A stretch of 64,000 nt of DNA from Nannocystales bacterium (GCA_050633305.1 JBOEGF010000007.1:1-64000), one strand, 5' to 3'; counted from the first letter of the stretch, positions 6,294 through 16,271 are shown. Program-made: numbers and translations. The notes: a model not told the origin generated them from the sequence alone.

Positions 6294-7753
6294 CCCGCAG
6301 CTCGAACAGCGACGGACTCCCACGCGGCCTCTACCTGCGGGGCGCGAAAATCTCGATCTCCTACACCGATGAGCACGGCAAGGCACGAGCCCGAACGAGC
6401 GGTTTCGGGCCAGAAGACGCCGACAAGGCCGTCCTTCTTCGCAACGCTATCCTTCGCAAGATCGAAGCGCGGAAGGCTGGTGCGGGACCGGGGACACACG
6501 ATCGAAACTCGCTGAAGGCCGTCGCCGCGTGGTGGATTGACCTGCGCGAACGCAGAGGTCGGGAGACCTGGAAGGACGACGAAACCAGACTGCGGCTTCA
6601 TGTGCTGCCCACCCTTGGACACCGCGGTATCGAGTCGATCAGTCCTTCGGATCTCGAAGAGGTCTTTCTCTCGCTGCGGGTAACGCCGCTCGAATCCACC
6701 GGAAAACCCCCCGCACCGAAGACGGTTTGGAACACGTACACGGCCCTGAAAGCGCTGTACCGAGACGCCAGAAAGAAAGGCCGTGCGAAGAACGACCCCT
6801 GCATCCTCACCGAAGAGGAACTCGGGCCGATAGAAGACGCCGATCCCGACTGGCGCGCGGGCGCAATCTTCTCTCGATCTGAGTGCGCGGCACTGATGTT
6901 CGATCCGCGGCTGCCCGATGAGCGCCGGCCGGTCTACGCGACGATGTACCTCACCGGGGTCCGCATCGGCGAACTCTGCGGACTGCGTGTCTCCGACTTC
7001 GACCGGAAGCGTCGACCGCTCGCTGCCCTTGGCATCGCGCGGCAATACAGTGGACGCCGCACCAAGACGAGAACGACCAAGGAGATGCCCGTTCACGCCG
7101 TGTTGTTCGAGGCGCTGTCTGCATGGCTCGACGAGACTTGGCCTGCGCTGTACGGCCGCAAGCCTGAGCCCGCGGACCTCATCTTCCCCCGTCTTCCAAG
7201 CGATGCGCCAAGCAAGAAGGGACCCGTCCGCGACAAGAACTACGAGCGTCGGCGCCGAGACGCAGACCTGAAGACGCTTGGCCTGGCCGCTCGCCGCGGT
7301 CACGACTTCCGCGCCAGCTTCATCACGCACGCCCTCGACGACGGCGCGGACCGGGCGGTCTTGGAACGCCTCACGCATCCGTCATCGGCGAAGGGCAGCG
7401 CGTTCGAGGGCTACCGACGCTTGCAGTGGGACGAGGCATGCCGGGCCGTGACCTCGCTCGAGGTTGAAGTCCCCGTGGACTCGACCGTCACCCTCGCGGC
7501 GGGCGATGACACCGACCCAGGCGACGAAGGCGGGGGCACATCGACACCGTCCTCAGGCCACAGCAGCTCGACACCGACAGGTCAAACCGGGGCCCGCCTC
7601 TCGAACCACGACAGTAACCACGACACAAAAAGAAAACCCCTGGAGATTCCAGGGGTTTTGGAGTGGAGGCGCCGGGAGTCGAACCCGGGTCCGGAAGCCC
7701 TCAAACAGGACATCTACGTGTGTAGTCATCAGTATTTTCCGCTTAAGACTTGA
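6290..7753 (+). CDS. int: Tyrosine recombinase / phage-type integrase
   Basis: Catalytic set present: TGVRIGELCGL (R), RTKT (K), HDFR (HxxR), THP (H), EGYR (Y). Next to and overlapping the ssrA 3' end. Confidence 0.95.
   Translation: MTRSSNSDGLPRGLYLRGAKISISYTDEHGKARARTSGFGPEDADKAVLLRNAILRKIEARKAGAGPGTHDRNSLKAVAAWWIDLRERRGRETWKDDETRLRLHVLPTLGHRGIESISPSDLEEVFLSLRVTPLESTGKPPAPKTVWNTYTALKALYRDARKKGRAKNDPCILTEEELGPIEDADPDWRAGAIFSRSECAALMFDPRLPDERRPVYATMYLTGVRIGELCGLRVSDFDRKRRPLAALGIARQYSGRRTKTRTTKEMPVHAVLFEALSAWLDETWPALYGRKPEPADLIFPRLPSDAPSKKGPVRDKNYERRRRDADLKTLGLAARRGHDFRASFITHALDDGADRAVLERLTHPSSAKGSAFEGYRRLQWDEACRAVTSLEVEVPVDSTVTLAAGDDTDPGDEGGGTSTPSSGHSSSTPTGQTGARLSNHDSNHDTKRKPLEIPGVLEWRRRESNPGPEALKQDIYVCSHQYFPLKT
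7604..7625. repeat. Direct repeat AACCACGACA x2, candidate integrase arm-type sites
   Basis: Identical 10-mers at 7604-7613 and 7616-7625, about 40 bp from the ssrA 3' end. Confidence 0.55.
7627..7659 (-). terminator. Rho-independent terminator of ssrA (possibly bidirectional)
   Basis: AAAACCCCTGGA-GAT-TCCAGGGGTTTT hairpin. The GC stem is followed by TTTTCTTTTT on the minus strand and TTTT on the plus strand. Confidence 0.85.
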
Positions 7754-8025
7754 GCACGCCCGACGACCGGCGATCTCAAACCCGAGCCCCTTTGTTTCGC
7801 CGCAGCGTCGAGACACTCGTTGCAGCTAGCCCGTGTGTTGACGACCCTTGCCCTACTCAGGCCCCTCAGGAAGGGTCGTGACGCCTAATTAGGCGACAGC
7901 GGCCAGTTGGCCGTAGTTGCTGTTGTTTGCAACTGTGTTTTCCATTCCGTTTTTGACACGGCGGATTGGCCCCGCGACACGCAGTCTCTGCTCTCGTAAA
8001 CCCCCGTCGAAACCGTTGCACCCCC
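7664..8025 (-). ncRNA. ssrA: tmRNA
   Basis: 5' GGGGGTGCAACGGTTTCGAC; 3' GGACCCGGGTTCGACTCCCGGCGCCTCCA. The acceptor stem has a G3.U pair. The tag frame 7930-7889 reads ANNSNYGQLAAVA*. CCA is not encoded. Confidence 0.97.
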
Positions 8026-8249
8026 AGATGGGTGGGGTTGACCCGCGGCCGAAGGACTCGGATGCGGGAAGCGAACCACCGGGGAGGTGGGCCGCGCTGC
8101 CAGGCAGTATGTGTCGCAGGTGGCAGGGGCGCAACCCCCTGGGAGGGGGAAACGTCTGGGGTATCTCGGGGCACGGAGGGGCGGCTGGGGTTGCAGGAAG
8201 GGGTCGTGTGCGGTCGCCGGCGAGGTCTCGGGGAGGGACTGCCCCGGCG

Positions 8250-9413
8250 CTACAGCGCGGGGAAGATCGCGATGAAGAAGACGATCAGCGCCAGCAGGCC
8301 TGCGCCGGAGATCGCGATGCTCGTGCTCACGGGATGCTTCGAGCCGGACTGCAGGGAGACCCTCAGCGCGATGCCGAAGACGAGCGGAGCGATCCACAGA
8401 CCGCTGACGGTCACGAGCAGGGTCTCGGACAAGCTGTTGAAGAAGACGAAGTAGAGCAGGGCGGCACCGACACCTGCGGTGCCGATGCACAGGTTCGCCA
8501 AGCGCTGCAGGCCGACGACGTTCGGGACGACCAGGGCGGTGCTGGCCGGAGTTGCCAGGGCGGTGCTGGGGTTGTGAAGCAGGGCCCGCGCGGCGGCTGC
8601 GGTTTGGACCCGTCGACCGACGATGGGCTCGAGCATGGACTCGAGCGCCGCCCTGACCCCAGGGGGCAGACCGGGGGCGAGCTTGCTGAGCTCGACCTTT
8701 CCGGTGTTGGTGTCGGTGGGCATCTGCTCGGGCCGGACACCGGTTGCGACGACGAGGGTGGTCATCCCGGCGGCGTACAAGTCACTGGCGGGCTGGGACT
8801 GCCCCATCATCTGCTCCATGGGGAAGTAGCCGAAGGTGCCCACCGAGGTGGAGCCCTCTCGTAGATGGTTCTTGATCGCACCAAAGTCGACGAGGTGCGG
8901 GACACCGCTCGGGTCCAGGATGACGTTGGCGGGCTTGAGGTCTCGGTGAATGACGGGCGGCTGCAGACCGTGCAGGTACTCGAGCACGGCGAGCAGCTGG
9001 TCCAACATGCCTGCGAGCTGTGGCCCGGTCATGACGTGGCCCCTGGCGAGGTGTTGTTCGAGCGACTGCCCCTCGACACGGACGTAGACGGAGACGAGGG
9101 AGGCGTTTTCGATCTGCCCAAGGGCGGAGACGGGATGCGGCTGCGCGCCGTCGTGGGCGAAGAGTTCGATGTGGCGTGGGATGTTGGGATGGCTGAGGGC
9201 GGCGAGGACCCGAGCTTCGCGCTCGAAGAGTTCGAGCGACTTCCAGTCGCCCATACGTCCGAGCTTGAGCTGCTTGAGCACGACGGGGGTGCCGTCGGCG
9301 CTCGTCGCGGCCCACGCGTGGCTGAAACCGCCTTCTCCCAGGGGGCCTTCGAGGAGGTAGGTTCCAAGCGCGCCCTGGACTTGCAGGCCCGACTGAAGCT
9401 CCAAAACACGCAC
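8250..9413 (-). CDS. Ser/Thr protein kinase with C-terminal transmembrane helices
   Basis: LGEGGFS, VVLK, HRDLKPAN, DFG, GTFGYFPME; hydrophobic C-terminus. Start approximate. Confidence 0.92.
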   Translation of the reverse strand: MRVLELQSGLQVQGALGTYLLEGPLGEGGFSHAWAATSADGTPVVLKQLKLGRMGDWKSLELFEREARVLAALSHPNIPRHIELFAHDGAQPHPVSALGQIENASLVSVYVRVEGQSLEQHLARGHVMTGPQLAGMLDQLLAVLEYLHGLQPPVIHRDLKPANVILDPSGVPHLVDFGAIKNHLREGSTSVGTFGYFPMEQMMGQSQPASDLYAAGMTTLVVATGVRPEQMPTDTNTGKVELSKLAPGLPPGVRAALESMLEPIVGRRVQTAAAARALLHNPSTALATPASTALVVPNVVGLQRLANLCIGTAGVGAALLYFVFFNSLSETLLVTVSGLWIAPLVFGIALRVSLQSGSKHPVSTSIAISGAGLLALIVFFIAIFPAL

Positions 9414-9480
9414 CGCGACCCAGTGTCTCACTGCGGGCCTACTACTTGTGTGGGTCTTGGAAACCTGACATAGCCTACCT

Positions 9481-10989
9481 GTGACTGGTTGGCTGTCCGC
9501 AATCGCGCTCCTCACGCCCTTGATGGTCGGCTCGGTCTCGCAACCGATCGATCCCCAGCACATCTACGGCGGCGACTTCGTGGACGGTTGTGGGTGGCCG
9601 TCGGTGGTCTATCTGTCGAGTGGGGGAGGCGCGTGTACGGGTACGCTGATCCATCCGCGGGTGGTGCTGACGGCGGCGCATTGTGTGGTGGACGGGGTCC
9701 CCAGCGCGGTCCGGTTCGGCGAGGATGCTCAGAGCGCGCAGCAGTTGGTCACGACGACGACCTGTCGCCAAGGGCCAGGGTGGAACGGAGCGACGGCACA
9801 GGGGCAAGACTATGCCTATTGCCTGCTGGACTCGCCGGTCACATCGGTTCCGATCATCCCTGTGGTCAATGGCTGTGAGGCCTCTGCGGTCTACCAGGGC
9901 GCTCGCATCATGCATGTGGGCTTTGGGCGGGACCAAGATGGCGCGAGCGGTCGCAAGAAGATGCTCGAGCTGACGATCAACAACATCACCAACAACGGCG
10001 AAATCATCTCCGGTACGCCCAATGAGATCATCTGCAACGGGGACTCGGGCGGTCCGACGTTCGTCTACTTGGACCCAGCGCAGGGCGGTGACGGGACCTG
10101 GCGCGTGGCGGCGATTCACTCGTGGGCCCAAGGCGCCGACCCGGTAGACCCCAACTGCATGAACGCGGCGGGCAGCGTGCTGGCCACCAACGCCATCGAT
10201 TGGATCGAGCAAGACTCGGGGATCGACATCACGCCGTGTGCGGACGGCGACACGTGGAGCCCGACCGCGCATTGTGGCGGGGTACCTACGTCTCCTTGGC
10301 TGGGGGAGGGAACGTTTACGACGGAGTGCACGTCACCGGAAACGGTGGAGTGGGCGACGACGTGCGGAGAGGGTCTCGACGCGACACCGGACGGTGTCGC
10401 TCCGGTGGTCTCGGTGGTCTCGCCGACGATGGACCAGGAGTTCGATGCCGACGGAACGACGCAGGTCGAAGTGGTGGCAGAGGCCTCCGACGAGGGCTGG
10501 GGGGTGGCGTCGGTGGCGATGACGATTCGAGCGGTCGACGTGGACAACGAGCAGGTCGATGTCCGCAACGAGTGGCAATCGTGGTCCTGGGACCTGACGC
10601 TTCCGCCTGGGTCCTACGAAGTCACGCTGGTCGCCACGGATCACGCGGGCAATACGTCCGAGGCGCAGACGGTGTGCTTTGGCGTTGGGGGCCCCGGGTG
10701 CGAGCCCGGCGGTGAGTCCGAAGGTGGAGCCGACTCCTCCTCGGGGGGGCTGTCCAGTGGCACGGCAGGTTCCGACTCCGACTCCGACTCGGGCGATACG
10801 ATGAGTCAGGGAACGACATCGGGCGGGGCGACAGGGCCTGGCAGCGAGGAGAGCGGGGGCAGCGGAGGCTCGGCCGCTGGAGGCTCGGAAGGCGGATCCA
10901 GCGGATGCCGCGTCGGCTCAACGCCCTGTGGGTGGGGGCTGCTGTTGTTGGCTTTCGGGGCGTTTTACCGCCGTCGGCGTCAGGCCTAG
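9481..10989 (+). CDS. Trypsin-like (S1) serine protease with Ig-like domain and MYXO-CTERM-like sorting tail
   Basis: Signal peptide, IYGG, LTAAHC, GDSGGP, Ser/Gly-rich linker, then SGC...[16 protein letters not shown]. Confidence 0.92.
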   Translation: MTGWLSAIALLTPLMVGSVSQPIDPQHIYGGDFVDGCGWPSVVYLSSGGGACTGTLIHPRVVLTAAHCVVDGVPSAVRFGEDAQSAQQLVTTTTCRQGPGWNGATAQGQDYAYCLLDSPVTSVPIIPVVNGCEASAVYQGARIMHVGFGRDQDGASGRKKMLELTINNITNNGEIISGTPNEIICNGDSGGPTFVYLDPAQGGDGTWRVAAIHSWAQGADPVDPNCMNAAGSVLATNAIDWIEQDSGIDITPCADGDTWSPTAHCGGVPTSPWLGEGTFTTECTSPETVEWATTCGEGLDATPDGVAPVVSVVSPTMDQEFDADGTTQVEVVAEASDEGWGVASVAMTIRAVDVDNEQVDVRNEWQSWSWDLTLPPGSYEVTLVATDHAGNTSEAQTVCFGVGGPGCEPGGESEGGADSSSGGLSSGTAGSDSDSDSGDTMSQGTTSGGATGPGSEESGGSGGSAAGGSEGGSSGCRVGSTPCGWGLLLLAFGAFYRRRRQA

Positions 10990-13755
10990 CTGCTGCTCCA
11001 CCTTGACGAGCTTGCGTTCGAGCATCCGCTCGTAGGGCACCTGTTCGAGGAACTCTCGGGCTTGAGCGATGTGGCGACGAGCCGTGTCCGGCTGACCACG
11101 GCGAGCCTCGCCGAGTGCGAGCCCCCACGCCGCGCGCGCGCGGTCGATCGAGTTCGTCTCGGGGTGCTCCAAGGCCGATTCGAGCGTGGCCTGAGCTTCG
11201 GGAGCATCGTCTGAGCGGAGGGCGGCGATGCTGAGGCCCACATCCGCAGTCCACCGGTCGGCCTCCGTTTCCGCTGCCCGCGAGCCACGCAGGAAGATGC
11301 TGCGTGCTTGTTGAAACTCGCCACGGGCCTCGGCGATTCGCCCCCGCGCCGACGTCCTCCAGTGGATACCGCCCGCGCTTTTTCCTCCCAACCCCTCTCC
11401 CCAGCGGTCGGACTCATCCAGCGCGATGAGAGCGGCCTCGAGACTTCCGATGTTGAGTTCGACCCAGCCGAGGTTCTCGTAGATCGTGGAGAGCGAGGGG
11501 TCGGGGTGCCCGTCGTGGGAGGCGAGCAGGGCCTGGACAGCTTTGCGTGCGTACGCCCGCGATTCTTTCAGGCGGTTCGCGTAGCCCAAGGTCAGCGCGA
11601 TGTCGCCGTGTCGGCCGGCTGTGTTGAGATGGTTGGGCCCGAGTAGCTTCTCGTAGCGTTCGTGGGCCTGGAGTTGGTCGGCCACGGCTCCATCGGTGTC
11701 ACCTCTGCGTTCGCGCAGCCGCGCTCGGTAGACGTAGGCGCGTGCAATCGCCGGGTGACCCTGACCGATGGTCGGTGCGTCGAGGATCTTGGACAGGACC
11801 TCGTCGGCTTGTTCTCGTTTGCCCAGCGAGAGCCAGTACGAGGCCATGCGGGCACGCACTTCCACGCCGCGTGGGGCGTCGAGGTCTCCCGCGTCGCGGA
11901 TGCGGTCGCGCAGGAGTTGGGCCTCCGAGAGCGCTTCTTCGTAGCGGCCGGCGGCGTTGTAGATCTCCATGCGCACCAGGAGTCCCTGCTCGATGTCGAG
12001 TTCGCCGCCGGGGAAGGTCCGTGCGACGGCCTGTGCGACTCCGGCGAGGAAGAGGGCGTTCACGTCGTCGCGCTGACGCAGGCCCTTTTGCCGCGCGAGT
12101 TCGTACAGGGCTCCGACGGTGGCGGCGCGGGCGTTGACCCGCAGTCCCAACACCACGCCTTCTTCGATCAGCTCGATCCCCGCTCGGACCTCGCCCTTGA
12201 ACGACAGCAGAGAGCCAAGGGTCTCCCGCGCGTGCACCCGCAGTGGCGCGTAGCCGAGTGTATCGGCCTCTGCCATGGCTGAGCGCAGGCTCGCCTCGGA
12301 TGCGTGAATGTCGAGTAGGCGTCCATCGTGGGCTCGCTCGATCTCGAGTTCGAGTTGTCGAACGCGTACGCGGACCTCTGGGTCCTCGGGGGGCGGGTAC
12401 TCGGCACGGAGCGCCTCGAGGTCGGAGCACTGCTCGAGGGATGGGATGTGTTCGAGGGTTGTGGCGAGTCCGAGTTGGGCTGCGACGCCCTCCTCGAGCA
12501 GTTTCGCGAGGCCCGATGCGACGGTGTCCAGCCGGGTGTCCAGACAGTGGTAGCGAAGCTCCATCGCGGTCTCGGTTTGGGTTTGCCGAACCTTCGCGGA
12601 TTGGCAGGCGTCGGTGCGGGCGGCGACCCAGGCCTCGGCGAACGCATCGTGCTGGGAGAGAACTTCGGCGGCCAGCTCGTCCGAGACGACCTCGTCGTCG
12701 AACGTGGCCCCGAGTTGGCGCCTCACGTTGGGATTCCACACGTCCTCAATGGTGGTGGTGGCGTGCGCGCAGGGCTCGTCTCCGCTGGTGGCGACGACCG
12801 CAGCCGCGCCGATGAGCATCGACCCGCCGACGGCAAGTACCCCCCACTGCCTTCTCCGTGACGGTGCGAGGGGGTCGAGCGCCCGGAGCAGGTCCTCCAT
12901 CGTGTCGAAGCGGTGCTTCGGGTCGATACTCAGCCCTCGTTCCACCGCGTCGCTCACCGGCCCGGGAACATCGCCTCCACCCGGAGGAGGACGCAGCGCA
13001 CCGGCTTGCACGTTCAACGCGATCTCGAAGGCGGTCTCCCCTTCGAAAGGGTGTTGGTCGAACAAGGCCTCGTACAACGCGGCGCAGAACGAAAACTGAT
13101 CACTGCGCGAGTCCACGACGCCGCGGGTGTGTTGCTCCGGAGCCATGTACCGCGGGGTTCCGACTCGTGTGCCGCGTCGACCTTCGCCGTCGTTCTTGGC
13201 GAGGCCGAAGTCCAGGACCTTGACCCGGCCGCTCTCGGTGACCATGACGTTGGCAGGCTTGAAGTCGCGGTGCACCAGTCCTGCATCGTGCGCCGCGGAC
13301 AAGCCCGCCCCGGCGTGCATGTACAACTGCACGACCTCGGCCCACGCCGCGTCTGGGTGCTCGGTGCGCCAGCGGCCGAGGGTGACGCCGCGCAGGTACT
13401 CCATGGCGATGAACAACGCATCGCCAACGGTGCCGACGTCGTAGATGGTGACGACCCCGGGGTGCGAAAGCTTGGCGAGCGCCTTGGCTTCTCGGAACCG
13501 CTCGGTGGTGTCTGCCGTGGCGTAGGAGTCGGGCTGAACAAGCTTGAGCGCGACTCGGCGGTCGAGTTTCGGGTCCCAGGCTGAGAACACGACGCCCATC
13601 GCTCCCGCCCCCACCTTTTCGATGACGGTGTAGCGGCTGACCTTGGCCCCCGGTTCCAACGTGGGGATGGATGCGCTCGCCGCCCCGTCCGGAAGCAGCG
13701 TCGCATCGGGGTCGGGTCCGGAGATGGAAGTAGCGTCCTGTGGCGCGTCCGGCAC
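10918..13755 (-). CDS. Membrane Ser/Thr kinase with C-terminal TPR region
   Basis: [31 protein letters not shown], a TM segment and TPR-like helices (LGPNHLNTA). Confidence 0.93.
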   Translation of the reverse strand: MPDAPQDATSISGPDPDATLLPDGAASASIPTLEPGAKVSRYTVIEKVGAGAMGVVFSAWDPKLDRRVALKLVQPDSYATADTTERFREAKALAKLSHPGVVTIYDVGTVGDALFIAMEYLRGVTLGRWRTEHPDAAWAEVVQLYMHAGAGLSAAHDAGLVHRDFKPANVMVTESGRVKVLDFGLAKNDGEGRRGTRVGTPRYMAPEQHTRGVVDSRSDQFSFCAALYEALFDQHPFEGETAFEIALNVQAGALRPPPGGGDVPGPVSDAVERGLSIDPKHRFDTMEDLLRALDPLAPSRRRQWGVLAVGGSMLIGAAAVVATSGDEPCAHATTTIEDVWNPNVRRQLGATFDDEVVSDELAAEVLSQHDAFAEAWVAARTDACQSAKVRQTQTETAMELRYHCLDTRLDTVASGLAKLLEEGVAAQLGLATTLEHIPSLEQCSDLEALRAEYPPPEDPEVRVRVRQLELEIERAHDGRLLDIHASEASLRSAMAEADTLGYAPLRVHARETLGSLLSFKGEVRAGIELIEEGVVLGLRVNARAATVGALYELARQKGLRQRDDVNALFLAGVAQAVARTFPGGELDIEQGLLVRMEIYNAAGRYEEALSEAQLLRDRIRDAGDLDAPRGVEVRARMASYWLSLGKREQADEVLSKILDAPTIGQGHPAIARAYVYRARLRERRGDTDGAVADQLQAHERYEKLLGPNHLNTAGRHGDIALTLGYANRLKESRAYARKAVQALLASHDGHPDPSLSTIYENLGWVELNIGSLEAALIALDESDRWGEGLGGKSAGGIHWRTSARGRIAEARGEFQQARSIFLRGSRAAETEADRWTADVGLSIAALRSDDAPEAQATLESALEHPETNSIDRARAAWGLALGEARRGQPDTARRHIAQAREFLEQVPYERMLERKLVKVEQQLGLTPTAVKRPESQQQQPPPTGR

Positions 13756-13840
13756 GAGTCCGTTTCAGTGTACTCCGACGCCGTGGGGGCAAACCATGCG
13801 GGGGGCTGCTCGGGGGCTCTCCTCGCGCTATTGTGGCTCG

Positions 13841-14401
13841 GTGACCTCGATCGCGGCACCGCCTGCGCCGGTTCCAGATGCGGCCCTTTGGATCGATGGG
13901 GACGTCGAAACGCTGTTGGACCTGCTGCTGTGTGACCACGGGTTCGAGGAGCGGTCGATGATGGTCTCCGACGGGCTCAGCGTGCCGGATGGATTGTTTG
14001 TCCAGCGGGATGGCCGGGGCTTGCTGGTTTGGGTTCCGCCCGACCCTCAGCGCACCGGAATGGATCCGGTGGTGCTCCCCCGAGCGGTGCGCATCGATGC
14101 GGTTCCCAGCCACGGCGGCACCCGGATCACGTTGCATCGCGTCACCGCGCCCGCGACGGCGATCGCGATGACGTCTGCTGTGGTGTTGACCGGGCTGGTG
14201 GTCACCGCAGCCTTCGTCTTGGGCGGCACCTGGGTTTGGGGGCTGGTCGGGTTGCTCGGTGCGATCGTGTGGGGTTCGTTGGTGCAGCAGCTGCGCATCT
14301 CTGGGGCGCGAACCCAACTCGCTTGGGATGCGCTTCAGCCCGCACTGTCGCAGGTGGGGCTGCCCGAGCCTGTGCTGCCCGAGGGCGATCCCTATCGTTG
14401 A
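13841..14401 (+). CDS. Hypothetical membrane protein
   Basis: Two hydrophobic segments; ends in GDPYR. GTG start inferred. Confidence 0.65.
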   Translation: MTSIAAPPAPVPDAALWIDGDVETLLDLLLCDHGFEERSMMVSDGLSVPDGLFVQRDGRGLLVWVPPDPQRTGMDPVVLPRAVRIDAVPSHGGTRITLHRVTAPATAIAMTSAVVLTGLVVTAAFVLGGTWVWGLVGLLGAIVWGSLVQQLRISGARTQLAWDALQPALSQVGLPEPVLPEGDPYR

Positions 14402-14958
14402 GGATCACAGCACGGGCAGTCTTGGCGTGACCGAACGTTGTCGACCCGGCCCTGGGCGTCGAGCTCTGCGTCGCAACAGCGAAAGAACGAGTCACGAAGC
14501 TTGGCCCGGCCTCGTTGGACCCGCGACTTGAGGGTGGAGGGCGGGAGCTGCAGGGCGGCGGCGACGTCGGCCTGCGACTGCCCAAGCACGTCGACGCGGT
14601 GTACGGCCTCGCGGTAGGGCTCAGGCAGGTCATCGACGGCCACGCGCAGCCAGATGCCCAGCAGGGTCCGCTGTTCCTCCGACTGTGCCTCGATCGTGAG
14701 TCCCTCGGCATCGACCGCGGGGTCGGGGGCGGGCGGGGAGGCGGTGCGCTTTCGGTGTCGATCGATGACCGCGTTCCGGGCGACGGCACGCACCCAGGGG
14801 GCGATTGGACGATCCTCGCTGAGGGAATCCTTCGAAGCGACGACCCGCAGCAACACATCCTGCACCACGTCTTCGACCTCGGACTCGGGCACCCTGCGCG
14901 CCACGTAGCGTCGCAGGTCACCCGTGATCGAGGTCCAAGGATGTTGCTCGAGGCTCAT
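14392..14958 (-). CDS. ECF sigma-70 factor, SigZ/CorE-like, with Cys-rich C-terminus
   Basis: EDVVQDVLLR, W...VARNAVID..RKR, LPEPYREAV, TLKSRVQRGR. Tail CCD...DCPCCD. Confidence 0.92.
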   Translation of the reverse strand: MSLEQHPWTSITGDLRRYVARRVPESEVEDVVQDVLLRVVASKDSLSEDRPIAPWVRAVARNAVIDRHRKRTASPPAPDPAVDAEGLTIEAQSEEQRTLLGIWLRVAVDDLPEPYREAVHRVDVLGQSQADVAAALQLPPSTLKSRVQRGRAKLRDSFFRCCDAELDAQGRVDNVRSRQDCPCCDPQR

Positions 14959-15440
14959 GTGCAGCACGTGGGCTCGCAGCAGGTCTTTTCCTGCTCTGGG
15001 TCGGATGCGACCTCGACCTCGACCTTGACCTTGGGCGGGGCTGCGGGGGCACTGTCGACGTCGGACTGGGTCACGGCGAACACCTCCCAGGCGTGGCCGT
15101 CGGGATCCTGCATCCAGATCCGGTCCATCACAGCATGGCAGCATGTCACGTTGTCCTCGGGACGGGACTCGAGTCCCGCGCTCTGCACGCGGCGTGCGAA
15201 GGCTTCGACGTCGCTCGTCGCAGGAACTTCGATTCCGTAGTGCGCCACGCCGCCTGGGGGACGCGCTTGGGCCGTTTCGTTGAGGGTGAAGTTCAAACCG
15301 GGCTCGCTCAGTTCAAACTTGGCATACCCGGGCCGTTTCTTGACCGCCTCCAGGCCAAACATGCGTTCGTAGAATGCGATCGAGCGGTCGAGGTCAGAAA
15401 CCGCCACCGCGACATGGACGCGGGGTTGCGTGAGGGTCAT
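14955..15440 (-). CDS. ArsI/CadI-family VOC (glyoxalase-fold) metalloenzyme
   Basis: RVHVAVAVSDL..SI.FY, GYAKF, HYGIEV, TCCHA, W..DPDG..WEVF. Tail CCEPTCCT. Confidence 0.9.
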   Translation of the reverse strand: MTLTQPRVHVAVAVSDLDRSIAFYERMFGLEAVKKRPGYAKFELSEPGLNFTLNETAQARPPGGVAHYGIEVPATSDVEAFARRVQSAGLESRPEDNVTCCHAVMDRIWMQDPDGHAWEVFAVTQSDVDSAPAAPPKVKVEVEVASDPEQEKTCCEPTCCT

Positions 15441-15500
15441 GCCATCACCTACGTGCCCGGCCCGGGGCGGACGCAGGATTTCTTCGCCGCGGCGGCCCTG

Positions 15501-16271
15501 CTAGTCCTCGGGGGTCGGCGCGGCGGCTACGAAGCCGCACGCCATGGCGACCAGCAGGGCGATCAAGCCCAACCCGAGCTCCAGCCACGCGTCCTGAGGG
15601 CTGGGTATGGCCAGGGTGTCGAGCAGCACGCCGTGAAGTTGCGCGGGGTCGCCCTGGACCTGGACCAGTGTCGCGAGGATGTCGGGGTCCAGTGGCTCGG
15701 TCTTGCCGTCGAGGCTGCTGGGCTGACTTGGCACGAACGTGGCAGAGGGGGCGACGCGAGCCACAACGATGGCGACCCCCGGCTCGACCTTGTGGCCTTG
15801 GGTCTGGGCCTCGTCGCCTTCGGAAACTGCCGCGGGTGCCCCGACCACGGGCACCAAGACGGCGATCGGGGAGGCCGACTGGTCGGGGAGTTCGCCGCGC
15901 TCCACCGCGTACTCGTCGAGGGTCCAGCCCGACCGAACGAAGCCGCTGACCCGAGCATACGGAGGGACCGGTTCCGGGATCCCACCACTGCGAAGGTCGT
16001 AGAAGGGGAGTGCGCCCTCGGTTGCAGCGTCGCTCGCCACGTCTAGCATGGCGCGCGCCTTGGCACTTGTCTGGGCCCCAAGGGCCGCGAGTCCGCCTGC
16101 GACGACCAGGAGAATCACCGAGCGTCGCAGCGCGAGTAGCCACAGCAGCGCCACAGCGGCCGCACCGGCCGGGACCCACCACGCGCCCACCACAGCGCCA
16201 GGGGCGAAGCCGACCGCGATCCACGTCACCAGGGCAGGGAGCGCCAAGGACAGCGCCAGCGCGACTCTCAT
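15501..16271 (-). CDS. Hypothetical membrane protein
   Basis: Three N-terminal and one C-terminal hydrophobic segments. ATG at 16271 chosen as start. Confidence 0.65.
   Translation of the reverse strand: MRVALALSLALPALVTWIAVGFAPGAVVGAWWVPAGAAAVALLWLLALRRSVILLVVAGGLAALGAQTSAKARAMLDVASDAATEGALPFYDLRSGGIPEPVPPYARVSGFVRSGWTLDEYAVERGELPDQSASPIAVLVPVVGAPAAVSEGDEAQTQGHKVEPGVAIVVARVAPSATFVPSQPSSLDGKTEPLDPDILATLVQVQGDPAQLHGVLLDTLAIPSPQDAWLELGLGLIALLVAMACGFVAAAPTPED

Noticed and set aside
7664..7700. tRNA gene
   Set aside because: The T-arm and acceptor sequence belong to tmRNA: the matching 5' end is about 360 nt away and a tag frame lies between.
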